Shown: one piece after another, positions 8,346 through 17,616 of the stretch
Position numbering within the stretch: the stretch's first letter is position 1
How the letters are laid out: each line of letters starts with the position of its first letter
Notes under the pieces: model-generated
What the model was told of the DNA's origin: nothing
What the model saw: only the letters and a program-made list of their open reading frames with translations
Database searches by the model: none
Assembly (NCBI GenBank): GCA_040756235.1
Contig: JBFLZG010000117.1
Location: 1-30,143, forward strand
Direction of reading: 5' to 3'
DNA length: 30,143 bases
DNA from: a bacterium
Lineage (GTDB): Bacteria; Desulfobacterota; DSWW01
Made by a program: the position numbers and the translations under genes

Positions 8346-10520
8346 TCACGTTCTCCCCAGTTTGCCGTTTCTTGCCAGCTCGGCCGTGACAGGGGCCATG
8401 CCCAGCGACTCCAGGGTCTCGCGCCGAGGCCAGCCGGACTTCGGGTCCCACCCTTCGAGCGCGTAGAATTTCGTCTTCCACTCCTCGAAGCGAGCCTTGT
8501 CCAGGCTGCGCTTGTCCAGCTCGAGGTACTCCCACTTGCCGTCGCGTACCCCCGGCATGAAGCATTTGGCTCCGTAAGGCTTCTCGTAGATGTAATCAGC
8601 GAAATGGACCATGTCCCGGTGCCTGCCCTGCAGGGCCCAGATGGCGTTGTCGAGGTTCCAGATCTTGCGGCCCAGCTCGACCCCTTCCACGAACTCCATC
8701 TTCCTGCCGGTGACCGCGCCGAGGAACTTCTGCTCGCCGGTGCCCACCATGCCCCGCCTGTCCTCCCGGCTGGGATTCAGGAAATCGGGAAAGAGGAAGT
8801 CGCAGTAGAGCACCGACTGTTTCCAGAACCGGGTGTAGTGGCGGTGCCAGGCCACGGTCTTGACCATGTGCTCCGAGTAGATGTTGTCGGTGCCGTAATC
8901 CACCATCAGCGGGTCGCCCGCGTAGGGCACCATGCGGTCGGTGAAGATCCTGGCCGCCTCCGCGGCCGGGACGAGCGGCTCCTTTTTCGTCATGAGCGCG
9001 ACCGTGGGCATCCAGTAGAGCACGTTGAAGCCGTGCTCGTTGATGTCGCGGTCGCCGAGCATCGAGCCGTACCCCCACTCGACCTGGAACCTGGGGTCGT
9101 AGTGGTCCGGCAATCCCCAGTGAGGGTAGGGCAGCAGGCCGCTTTGTGGGTCTTCCTTCCTGCCCCATCTGTCCGCCGCCCGGAAGAAGCCCTCCGCGAT
9201 GTCGTCGCCGATGCCCTCGCGCAAGGCGATCATCCGCATCAGCTCCTCGATGAACGCCTCCTCGCCGAACCTGTCGAAGGGGAGCTTGCAGTCGATCGGC
9301 TTGCCGGGTCCGAGGACGCCCATCTTGTGGAGGTCTTTCAGGTACGGGATGCCGTGAAAGAGCTCGAAGGCGTTGATGCCGTACTTCTGCGCCAGATCGG
9401 TGCCGATGTAGGCGGCGGAGCTCTGGGTCCCCTCGCCCATGGAGTAAAGAAGGGCGGCGATGTCTCCTCCCATGTACTCCACGATCGAGGACATGATCTT
9501 GACCTTGAGCCCGCTGTGGCGCTTCAGGTCGGGATACGAGTAGATGATGCTCTCCGCGCACGCCGACTCGTTGCCCAGCCCCGTGTCGTTCCTGGCGCGG
9601 CAGCCGGCCGGACACCCGATGCAGGCCTGGGGCCTGGACTTCTTGCGCCGCTGCCAGAAGATCGCGGGCACGGCCGGCGACCCGAAAGTGGAGAGGCTCC
9701 TCATGCTGATGTCACGCATCATGCTGTGGGCGTCGTCGAACTGCTCCGGCCGGCTCTCGTCCAGGGAATAGTTCTGCTTGGCCCAGAGCCGCGCCTCGAG
9801 GAGGGCCTGCGGGTCTGCGACGCGGACGCTCCCGGTGCCGATCACGCTGATCGCCTTGAGCTTCTTCGAGCCCCAGACGCCCCCGAACCCTCCTTGGCCG
9901 GCCGCGTTGCCGGCATCGTGGATGACGGCCCCGATCCTGCCGAGCCTTTCCCCGGCAGGCCCGATCGCCATCACGGCAGGCTTCTGGGTGGTGCGGCCCT
10001 GCCCGGCGGGCCCTCCCGCGCGGAACCAGTCGCCCGGAGCCGCCTTGCCGGTCACTTCCTGCCAGATCCTGCGCTGGGTCTCCCAGGCATCGAGCCCCCA
10101 GAGGTCCTTCGCGTCCCGCACCCGCGCCTCCCGGTCGCGGATGTCGACCCAGACCGGGTTGTCCGACTTGCCCTCGATCACGATCCCGTCCCAGCCGGCG
10201 TACTTGAGCATGGGCCCGAACCGGCCGCCGAGGTTGCTGCGTGTGAACCATCCGATCGGATGCGACTGGACCCCGATCCCCTGCATCTCCACCCGGCTCG
10301 CCCCGCCCGGCGCCAGCGTGCCGGTCAGGGGCGAAGTCATGATGGTGACGACGTTGCGCTCGTCGAAGCCGTCGATGCGCTTGTCTGCGACGAGGTCGAA
10401 GAAGATGGCCGAGCCGATGCCGTGCCCGCCGACCCACTCCTCGTATGCCCGTGTTTCGAGGATCGAGACCTTCCGGTCCGTCAGGTTCAGGCGCAGAATC
10501 TTGCCGGTGTATCCGTTCAT
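8346..10520 (-). CDS. Aldehyde:ferredoxin oxidoreductase family (W/Mo-bis-pyranopterin) catalytic subunit
   Basis: MNGYTGKILRLNLT, SNLGGRFGPMLKYAGWDGIVIEGKS, IGPAGE, GFGGVWGSKKLKAI, CIGCPAGC plus distal Cys (VLYCDF), C-terminal GWDPKSGWPRRETLESLG. Confidence 0.93.
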   Translation of the reverse strand: MNGYTGKILRLNLTDRKVSILETRAYEEWVGGHGIGSAIFFDLVADKRIDGFDERNVVTIMTSPLTGTLAPGGASRVEMQGIGVQSHPIGWFTRSNLGGRFGPMLKYAGWDGIVIEGKSDNPVWVDIRDREARVRDAKDLWGLDAWETQRRIWQEVTGKAAPGDWFRAGGPAGQGRTTQKPAVMAIGPAGERLGRIGAVIHDAGNAAGQGGFGGVWGSKKLKAISVIGTGSVRVADPQALLEARLWAKQNYSLDESRPEQFDDAHSMMRDISMRSLSTFGSPAVPAIFWQRRKKSRPQACIGCPAGCRARNDTGLGNESACAESIIYSYPDLKRHSGLKVKIMSSIVEYMGGDIAALLYSMGEGTQSSAAYIGTDLAQKYGINAFELFHGIPYLKDLHKMGVLGPGKPIDCKLPFDRFGEEAFIEELMRMIALREGIGDDIAEGFFRAADRWGRKEDPQSGLLPYPHWGLPDHYDPRFQVEWGYGSMLGDRDINEHGFNVLYWMPTVALMTKKEPLVPAAEAARIFTDRMVPYAGDPLMVDYGTDNIYSEHMVKTVAWHRHYTRFWKQSVLYCDFLFPDFLNPSREDRRGMVGTGEQKFLGAVTGRKMEFVEGVELGRKIWNLDNAIWALQGRHRDMVHFADYIYEKPYGAKCFMPGVRDGKWEYLELDKRSLDKARFEEWKTKFYALEGWDPKSGWPRRETLESLGMAPVTAELARNGKLGRT

Positions 10521-10571
10521 CTGGACAAACCCTCCGCGAGAGGCTCGCTCCCGGTCACGTCACTCCAGGGC

Positions 10572-10599
10572 AGTCTTCTATTCAGGAGTCTTCTATTCA
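10572..10599. repeat. 13-bp direct repeat spanning a stop codon
   Basis: AGTCTTCTATTCA at 10572-10584 and 10587-10599. The second copy contains the TAG of the ferredoxin gene. Confidence 0.85.
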
Positions 10600-11333
10600 A
10601 GGGAGTAGCCCATCTTGGCCCACGCCTCGGACCTCAGGTTCACTTTGTAGCCCGCGTCCCCTTGCTGCAGCGGGATCTGCCGGGTAAGGCGGATCGCCCC
10701 GAGGGGGCACACCTCCACGCAGGCCTGTTTCCCGTCCGGCCCGCCTTTCTCCTTCCAGTAGGGAGCCTCGGCGCACAGGTCGCACTTGACGGCCTTTCCT
10801 TCTTCGTGGTTCCAGACCGAGCGGCTCGTCCCGTGGGGGCAGGCCTCCACGCACTGCATGCAGCCTTCACACAGCTCCTCGCGCACGACCCGTACGTTGC
10901 CGTGCTCCCGATCCGCGTGCAGCGCCCCGGTCGGGCACGCCTCGACGCAGGCCGGGTCCACGCACTGCCTGCAGGCCTCCAGGGTCAGGTCCGAGGGAAA
11001 CGAGCCGAACGGATCCTGCACGACCTGGATCCTGGCCAGGGACAGGTTTTCCTTGCCTTCGTGCGCCAGGGAGCAGGCGAGCATGCAGCTCAGGCAGCCC
11101 TGGCACTTCTTCACGTCCACGAGCAGGTAGCCCGCGCTGGGCGGGAAGGCCAGCTTCTCAAGGTCCACCTTCTCGGTCGGACGGGGAGGAGGAGGCAGCT
11201 CTTTCGGGCGTTCGCGTTCCTTCTCGCAGCCCACCGCTGCGACCATGTAGACAGCCCCCGAGACTTTGAGGAACTGCCTGCGGTCCCATCCTCGGGCGGG
11301 GGCCCCGGCATGGTCCTGCTTCCGTTCATCCAT
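10593..11333 (-). CDS. Tat-exported (lipo)protein with four [4Fe-4S] motifs; AOR electron-transfer subunit
   Basis: DRRQFLK twin-arginine motif, hydrophobic stretch ending AVGC, Pro-rich linker, then CQGCLSCMLAC, CRQCVDPACVEACP, CEGCMQCVEACP, KCDLC..ACVEVCP. Confidence 0.9.
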   Translation of the reverse strand: MDERKQDHAGAPARGWDRRQFLKVSGAVYMVAAVGCEKERERPKELPPPPRPTEKVDLEKLAFPPSAGYLLVDVKKCQGCLSCMLACSLAHEGKENLSLARIQVVQDPFGSFPSDLTLEACRQCVDPACVEACPTGALHADREHGNVRVVREELCEGCMQCVEACPHGTSRSVWNHEEGKAVKCDLCAEAPYWKEKGGPDGKQACVEVCPLGAIRLTRQIPLQQGDAGYKVNLRSEAWAKMGYSLE

Positions 11334-11409
11334 GGGTCCTTTCCCTCCTCGCGACGAGCCCAACATGCAGACGCCGCAGACGGCCGTTTCTCGCCGGTCT
11401 CCAGAGAGG

Positions 11410-11439
11410 GTTGTATGCAAAACAGTAACGGCGTGTCAA
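11410..11439 (-). promoter_or_regulatory. Putative sigma70 promoter for the ferredoxin-AOR operon
   Basis: TTGACA-N18-TACAAC in an AT-rich patch about 77 nt upstream of the ATG. Confidence 0.55.
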
Positions 11440-11483
11440 GAAAATTGAGCGCTCGGCAACAGGGCACTCGACCGGCTCGTGGA

Positions 11484-11514
11484 TTGCGCGGAGTTCCCGA
11501 GGCCGGTATAAAAT
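11484..11514 (+). promoter_or_regulatory. Putative sigma70 promoter for the ATP-grasp gene (divergent from the AOR operon)
   Basis: TTGCGC-N17-TATAAA(AT). Confidence 0.45.
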
Positions 11515-11559
11515 GAGCATGATGTGGAAGAGTGCCCGCGGAAGATAGGAAGTACGCAC

Positions 11560-12897
11560 ATGTTTCCGAGCCGTGCACGCGAGGCCTACGAAGCCTACCT
11601 CGAAGGCTACAGCCCGGACCGGTTTCTCGAGTTCTACAATGCCCTGGCCGGAGAGCTCAACTTGTTCGCCAATCCGGACAGGGCCATTCCGATCTCGCCC
11701 GTCCCCCTGCTGCTGGACCGGAGTCATGAAGAGGTCTTCTCCAGGCTCATCGGGCTCTTCTGGAGGGTCCTGGAAGACAAGAGATACCGGCAGCTCTCGG
11801 CCGAGCGCATTCCGCCGCCGCTGCAGCCTGCGCTTCAGGAAGGGGCGCGCCCGGCCATGGATTTCGCCGGAAATGGCAGCATCGGCTGCATCGATCTCCA
11901 TCTGGTGGGCGGAGTGCCCCGAGTCGTCGAGTTCATGGTCCTTCCGCCCGGGATGGTGGGCATCTATCCGGGCATGCTGGAGCGTTACGGCGAGTATTTG
12001 CGGACCCTCGTTCCCGGTTGCTCCCCCCGCATCTTCCTGGAAGGCGCGGACCGCTGGTCTTGCGAGGACCTCATGCACCGGCAGGTCGTGGGCGAAGGGC
12101 GGGAAGGGCGCTTCGCCATCGTGGACTGGGAGCCCGAGAGGCAGATCACCTACGGGGAATTCCTCTATACGACGGATGCCGTGCGGAGCCGGTTCGGCGT
12201 CGAAGGGCTCGTGGCGGACCCGCGGGAGGTCGTATGGGGGCAGGGAGGGGTATCGATCCGAGGGTTGCCCGTGGATCGAATTCTGAACCGCCTCACGCTC
12301 GTCGACTGGATCGCCAACCTGCACGCGCTGGGTGAATACACGCGCATCCTCAGGGAGCGCCCGCAAATCTTCGTCTACCATCCCTACTGTTGGTACCTGG
12401 GCGACAAATTTTCCCTGGCGGTCCTTTCGGACCCGGCCGCGCTCGAGCAGATGGATATATCCGAGATGGACCGTCGAAGGCTGGCCGAAGTCTTGCCGGC
12501 AACGGTCCATCTGGCGGACTACGCGGACGCCGATACCGGCCGCGTGAACGCGCGCAGACTCACGGACCGCCTGGGTCCGCCCGGCCAGATCGTCCTCAAG
12601 CCCCTTTCTTCCCATGCTTCCAAGGGGGTGGTGTTCGGTCCCGTCGACACCCCCACGATGGCGCGACTGGAGAAGGTGCTCGAGGGGATCGACCCCGCGC
12701 AGTACGTGGCCATGAAGCTCGCCCCCGTTCCGGAGATCGTCGTGCCACGGGGCGGCGGCGAGCGCGAGGTCTGGAAATCGGACGTGCGGATCTTCGCCCT
12801 GGGCGGCCGGTTCCTCTTTGCCGGCGGGCGGACCTACGTGGGGGACTTCACCAACCAGACGCCCTGCAGAGGTTTTGCTCCTCTCTACTTCATCTGA
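11560..12897 (+). CDS. Circularly permuted ATP-grasp / glutathionylspermidine-synthase-like putative peptide ligase
   Basis: Motif order PISPVPLLL, CIDLHL...PRVVEF, VDRILNR, YLGDKFSLAVL, VLKPLSSHASKGVVFG, DVRIF..GGR matches the permuted ATP-grasp layout. Confidence 0.65.
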   Translation: MFPSRAREAYEAYLEGYSPDRFLEFYNALAGELNLFANPDRAIPISPVPLLLDRSHEEVFSRLIGLFWRVLEDKRYRQLSAERIPPPLQPALQEGARPAMDFAGNGSIGCIDLHLVGGVPRVVEFMVLPPGMVGIYPGMLERYGEYLRTLVPGCSPRIFLEGADRWSCEDLMHRQVVGEGREGRFAIVDWEPERQITYGEFLYTTDAVRSRFGVEGLVADPREVVWGQGGVSIRGLPVDRILNRLTLVDWIANLHALGEYTRILRERPQIFVYHPYCWYLGDKFSLAVLSDPAALEQMDISEMDRRRLAEVLPATVHLADYADADTGRVNARRLTDRLGPPGQIVLKPLSSHASKGVVFGPVDTPTMARLEKVLEGIDPAQYVAMKLAPVPEIVVPRGGGEREVWKSDVRIFALGGRFLFAGGRTYVGDFTNQTPCRGFAPLYFI

Positions 12898-13072
12898 GCC
12901 TGATCCGGTTGGATCCTGTCCGGGGAGCCATGCCCGGAGGGCCCGGCGGTCCCGTCTCCGGGGCCCTGATCTCATGTTTGCTTTGGTATAAGCCGAAGTA
13001 AGTTACTGGGCACCGTGCTCGGTCTCGATGGGAGGCCTGCGCCGGAGCCCGTGATTCCGGAGGAGGGCCTGC

Positions 13073-15964
13073 ATGAGCCCGGTTTCGATTCCCGCCATCA
13101 TCATGGCAGGAATCACGGTCTATCTGGGGTTCCACTACCTGCTGTTGTACGTCAAGCGCAGGGACCACAGGGAGTACCTGACCTTCGCGCTGACCTGTCT
13201 CTCGATGAGCCTGTACGACGCACTCTGTGCAGGTCTGTACAACTCGACCTCGATCAGCGAAGGGTTGCCGTGGCAGCGCCTGCAGGTCGCCACGCTGGGT
13301 GGGGTCGCTCTCTTCTTCCTGTGGTTCATCGCCGACTACACCTCCTACAGAAGGAGGTGTGTCCTCTATGCGCTTTCGGCCTGTCTCATTCCGGCGGCCG
13401 TGCACCAGTTGGTCGATCGCAGCTCCCTGACCTGGCTGGCGGACAAGCCTGCGATCAAATTCATATTCCTCCCCTTCGATATCCGGATCACTTACTACGA
13501 GGCAGCCCCCGGTCCGTGCACGATCGCCTTCGTGAGCATTCTGGGGTTGAGCCTCATCTTGTACGTGTTCTGGGCGTGCCTGCACATGTACCGTAGCGGG
13601 CAGAGAGAGAAGGCCAAGCCGCTCGTGCCCGCCCTGGTGATCATGCTGATCGGGGCCGTCAATGACTATGGGGTGAACGGGCAGCTCTGGGAATTCATCT
13701 ATCTTTTCGAATACGTATACTCGGCCATCGTCGGGCTGATGGCGCTCTCCCTGGCCCGAGAGGTCGTGGAAGCAGCGATCATGAAGGAGGCGCTGCAGGA
13801 GAGCGAGGAGAAAATCCGGCTCCTCAACAGCGAGCTCGAGCAACGCGTGGTGCGGCGGACGGCACAGCTCGAAGCCGCCAATCGGGATCTCGCGCGCGTG
13901 AACCGGCAGCTGGAAGAGACGACGGTCACGGCGAACGACCTGGCGCACAGGGCCGAAGCGGCCAACCGCGCCAAGAGCGAGTTCCTGGCCAACATGAGCC
14001 ACGAGATCCGCACACCGATGAACGGCGTGATCGGGATGAGCGGGCTCCTGCTGGAGACGGAGCTCGGCGCGGAGCAGCGCGAGTATGCTGAAACGATCCG
14101 CCTTTCGGCCGATTCGCTCCTGTCCCTCATCAACGACATCCTGGATTTCTCCAAGATCGAGGCCGGGCAGCTTTCCCTGGAGATCCTCGACTTCGATCTG
14201 CGCACGACGGTGGAGGACGTGACGGACATGCTGGCGATACGGGCGCACGAGAAGGGGCTGGAGATCTCGTGCCTCGTCTCTCAGGACGTCCCTTCGCTGG
14301 TTCGAGGAGACCCGGGCAGGATCCGGCAGGTCCTGCTCAACTTGGCGGGAAACGCCATCAAGTTCACCGAAGTAGGGGAAGTGTTCGTCCGGGTGCGCCT
14401 GGAAGAAGAAACCTCCGAGCAGGTCACGGTCCGCTTCGCCGTGCGCGACACCGGAATCGGGGTCCCGAAGGATCGAGTCGATCGCCTGTTCCAATCCTTC
14501 TCCCAGGTGGATGCTTCGATCACCCGCAAGTACGGCGGGACGGGCCTGGGCCTGGCGATCTCCAAGCAGCTGACGGCAATGATGGGGGGCCGGATCGGGG
14601 TCGAAACCGAAGAGGGAAAGGGTTCCACCTTCTGGTTCACCGTGGTTCTCCGGAAGCAATCGCAGGACGTGGAAGGAAGGAGGGTGATCCCGGTGGCCTC
14701 GCCCGCGGAGATCCGGGGCCAGCACGTCCTGATCGTGGACGATCACGCGACCAACCGCTTCGTCCTGCGCGAGTTGCTCCGCTCGTGGGCCTTCCGGTCC
14801 GAGGAGGCCGAGAACGGAGGGCAGGGCCTGTACCTGCTGCGGGAAGCCGCGGCACGGGGCAACCCCTTCCGCGTGGCTTTTGTGGACATGCAGATGCCGG
14901 GCATGGAGGGGAAGACGTTCGGGAGGGAGTGCAAGGCCGATCCGCTGATTCGCGCTACGTCCCTGATCATGTTGACGTCCGTCGGGCAGCGCGGCGATTC
15001 CGCCGAGCTGGAAAAGATCGGCTTTGCCGCCTACCTCACCAAACCGGTGCGGAAGTCACAGCTCTACGACTGCATCGCCGCGGTCCTGGGAACGGCCTCG
15101 GCAGACCCCCGGCCGGGCTCCGAGCGGATCATCACGCGCCATACCCTGGCCGAGCAGAAGAAGCGCAAGATCCGCATCCTCGTGGCCGAGGACAATGTCG
15201 TGAACCAGAAGGTCGCCCTGCGCATGCTCGAGAGGTTGGGCTATCGCGCGGACGCCGTGGCCGACGGCAAGGAGGCGATCAAGGTCCTGGAGACGATCCC
15301 GTACGATCTGGTCCTGATGGACGTCCAGATGCCCGGAATGGACGGTTTCGAAGCGACGCGACGGATTCGCGACCCCCGATCCGGAGTGCGCGACCATAAT
15401 GTCCCGATCATCGCCATGACCGCCTATTCGATGAAAGGGGATCGCGAGAGGTGCCTGGAGGCAGGGATGGACGACTACGTCAGCAAGCCCGTCACTCCGG
15501 GATCGCTCGCGAAGGCGCTCGACCAGCACCTGAAGGCGGGCGGGAGCACGTGCAGGCCGGGTACGACCGACCCGTTGACCGGACCCCTCAGCCCGGTGAA
15601 GATGGAATTCATCCGCGAGATATCCGGCGGGGACGGTGCTTTCGAACGGGAGCTGATCCAGACCTTCCTCGCGGATGCCGGGGAGCGGCTCTCCCGGCTC
15701 GAGTCGGCGGTCAGCGAGCGGGACAGCGACCAAACGCGGCGGCAGGCGCACGCCATCAAAGGCTCCAGCGCCAGCGCCGGCGCCCACAGGCTGCAGGAGA
15801 TTGCGTCTCGGCTCGAGCAGATGGGCGATCGCGGCGAGCTCGGTGCCGCCCCCGATGTGCTGGCCGAGCTCAAGGCCGAATTCGAGGAGGTGCACCACTA
15901 TCTCGAAGACTACGCAAGCTCGCTGGAACCTGCTCCGAGTTGTGAGATCCCGGCCCTGCAGTAG
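13073..15964 (+). CDS. Hybrid sensor histidine kinase (multi-TM input, HisKA, HATPase, 2x REC, Hpt)
   Basis: About 7 hydrophobic segments; [47 protein letters not shown] and LMDVQMP receivers; AHAIKGSS Hpt. GGAGG RBS. Confidence 0.96.
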   Translation: MSPVSIPAIIMAGITVYLGFHYLLLYVKRRDHREYLTFALTCLSMSLYDALCAGLYNSTSISEGLPWQRLQVATLGGVALFFLWFIADYTSYRRRCVLYALSACLIPAAVHQLVDRSSLTWLADKPAIKFIFLPFDIRITYYEAAPGPCTIAFVSILGLSLILYVFWACLHMYRSGQREKAKPLVPALVIMLIGAVNDYGVNGQLWEFIYLFEYVYSAIVGLMALSLAREVVEAAIMKEALQESEEKIRLLNSELEQRVVRRTAQLEAANRDLARVNRQLEETTVTANDLAHRAEAANRAKSEFLANMSHEIRTPMNGVIGMSGLLLETELGAEQREYAETIRLSADSLLSLINDILDFSKIEAGQLSLEILDFDLRTTVEDVTDMLAIRAHEKGLEISCLVSQDVPSLVRGDPGRIRQVLLNLAGNAIKFTEVGEVFVRVRLEEETSEQVTVRFAVRDTGIGVPKDRVDRLFQSFSQVDASITRKYGGTGLGLAISKQLTAMMGGRIGVETEEGKGSTFWFTVVLRKQSQDVEGRRVIPVASPAEIRGQHVLIVDDHATNRFVLRELLRSWAFRSEEAENGGQGLYLLREAAARGNPFRVAFVDMQMPGMEGKTFGRECKADPLIRATSLIMLTSVGQRGDSAELEKIGFAAYLTKPVRKSQLYDCIAAVLGTASADPRPGSERIITRHTLAEQKKRKIRILVAEDNVVNQKVALRMLERLGYRADAVADGKEAIKVLETIPYDLVLMDVQMPGMDGFEATRRIRDPRSGVRDHNVPIIAMTAYSMKGDRERCLEAGMDDYVSKPVTPGSLAKALDQHLKAGGSTCRPGTTDPLTGPLSPVKMEFIREISGGDGAFERELIQTFLADAGERLSRLESAVSERDSDQTRRQAHAIKGSSASAGAHRLQEIASRLEQMGDRGELGAAPDVLAELKAEFEEVHHYLEDYASSLEPAPSCEIPALQ

Positions 15965-15988
15965 GGGCGTATGGCCATACGCCCCTAC
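15961..15988. repeat. GTAG-type REP palindrome overlapping the kinase stop codon
   Basis: Perfect 28-bp palindrome GTAGGGGCGTATGGCCATACGCCCCTAC. Confidence 0.85.
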
Positions 15989-16042
15989 GGATCTTCATGT
16001 GTATCCGGCTTCGCGCGCGGCCCGTGTCTCGGGGGGAGCGCG

Positions 16043-17230
16043 ATGAGCATGCCGGCAGTCGAGGTCCACGGCTCGTGCGACCCCCGTTTTGCGCGCGTGC
16101 GGGACGCCTTCGCCGGGAACTTCGCGACGCACGACGAGGTGGGCGCGGCGGTCGCGGTCTCCATCGACGGCCGCGTCGTGGTCGATCTCTGGGCCGGATG
16201 GATGGATGCCGGCCGCACGCGTCCGTGGCGGCGCGACACGCTGGTGAACGTCTTTTCGGTCGGCAAGGGCATGGCCGCCCTCTCGCTGCTGCTGCTGGTC
16301 GAGCGGGGGCAGGTCGATCTCGATGCGCCGGCGGCGCGCTACTGGCCCGAGCTCGGCGCCGGTGGAAAGACCGGCGTCACCGTGCGCATGCTGCTCGCGC
16401 ACCAGGCCGGCGTGCCGGGAATTCGCAGGCCGCTGCGGCAGCTTGCCATGTACGACTGGGGATGCATGACGTCGGCGCTCGCCCGCGAAGAACCGTGGTG
16501 GACGCCCGGGACCGCGCACGGCTATCACGTGAACACCTTCGGGTTTCTGGTCGGCGAGCTGGTGCGACGCGTGACGGGAATGCGCCTGGGCGCGTTCTTC
16601 CGGCGCGAGATCGCGGGTCCGCTCGACGCGGACTTCCACTTCGGGATTGCCGCTCAGCATGATGACCGGGTGGCGGACGTCCTCCTCCCCGACGACGACG
16701 CGCGTCTTCCCGACTTCCTCCTCGGGCGGACCGGCACGGGAGCGTGCGAAGACAATGCCCGGCGCCGCCGTCTGCTCGAACGCGTCTACTGCAACCCGCC
16801 GGGGATCTCGGGCTTCGGCACCGTCAACACGCGCGCATGGCGGGACGCCGAGATGCCGTCGACGAACGGGCACGCGACGGCGCGCGCCGTGGCGCGGATC
16901 TATGGCGCCCTCGCCTGCGGAGGCCGGCTCGAGGGCCGCCTCCTCCTCGCGCCCGAGACGATCGCCGAGGCGCGCACGGAGATCTCGGCCGGGACCGATT
17001 TCGTGCTTGGACGCTACTCGCGCTTCGGCCTCGGCTTCCAACTGACCCAGCCCGAGCGCCCCCTCGGTCCGGGCCCGCACGGCTTCGGGCATTTCGGCGC
17101 AGGAGGCTCGCTCGGCTTCGCCGACCCCGATGCCCGCCTCGCCTTCGCCTACGTGATGAACCTTCCGGGCCAGCGCTGGCAGGACCCGCGCAACCGCGCG
17201 CTCGTCGAGGCGGCGTACGCCGCGCTGTGA
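16043..17230 (+). CDS. Serine hydrolase, beta-lactamase-like family VIII esterase
   Basis: VVDLWAG, FSVGK (SxxK), LLAHQAG, PGTAHGYH, FGHFGAGGS, FADPD. Confidence 0.92.
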   Translation: MSMPAVEVHGSCDPRFARVRDAFAGNFATHDEVGAAVAVSIDGRVVVDLWAGWMDAGRTRPWRRDTLVNVFSVGKGMAALSLLLLVERGQVDLDAPAARYWPELGAGGKTGVTVRMLLAHQAGVPGIRRPLRQLAMYDWGCMTSALAREEPWWTPGTAHGYHVNTFGFLVGELVRRVTGMRLGAFFRREIAGPLDADFHFGIAAQHDDRVADVLLPDDDARLPDFLLGRTGTGACEDNARRRRLLERVYCNPPGISGFGTVNTRAWRDAEMPSTNGHATARAVARIYGALACGGRLEGRLLLAPETIAEARTEISAGTDFVLGRYSRFGLGFQLTQPERPLGPGPHGFGHFGAGGSLGFADPDARLAFAYVMNLPGQRWQDPRNRALVEAAYAAL

Positions 17231-17454
17231 CGGCCTTGACGTGAATGGGGAGCCGCTTGCCCCATCAGCTACCTCCTGGCGCACCAGGTCACGAGGGGCG
17301 GCCGGCAGTCGATGACCACAAAATCAAATGTGTAATGCGCGGAGGAGCGAAGCTTTGGTTTCAGCCAAACGGCAAAAGCGGGCCCTGTACCGATGGCCGG
17401 CGAGACAATCACCGTGGTTAAGGAGCTGATGCCAAGCAAGGAAGCGGCCCGGCT

Positions 17455-17565
17455 CACCTCCATTCTTTCGAGTTCGGCCTTGAGCTCGGCCAGCACATCG
17501 AGTTCGCCACGATCGCCCATCTGCTCGAGCCGAGACGAACCGGTGAGATCCGGGCCTTGCAGTGA
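17455..17565. pseudogene. Scrambled remnant of the kinase 3' end (Hpt fragment inverted, terminal codons direct)
   Basis: Reverse complement of 17455-17537 matches 15804-15892 ([21 protein letters not shown], 12-bp deletion). 17543-17565 GTGAGATCCGGGCCTTGCAGTGA matches 15942-15964 in direct orientation. Confidence 0.85.
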
Positions 17566-17580
17566 CAGCATGTTGAAACC

Positions 17581-17609
17581 GTAAGGGCGTATCGCCCTTA
17601 CGCCCCTAC
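17581..17609. repeat. Degenerate copy of the GTAG REP palindrome
   Basis: GTAAGGGCGTATCGCCCTTACGCCCCTAC, closely similar to 15961-15988 and just past the fdhE stop. Confidence 0.8.
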
Positions 17610-17616
17610 AGACTCC

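Noticed and set aside
8304..11516. 1070-aa plus-strand ORF
   Set aside because: Antisense shadow of the AOR and ferredoxin genes; no motifs; expected in high-GC coding DNA.
17269..17571. 100-aa ORF, including a ParA-like FDFVVIDCRPPL string
   Set aside because: A chimera of the inverted Hpt remnant and unrelated sequence. The ParA resemblance is too short and lacks a Walker A motif.
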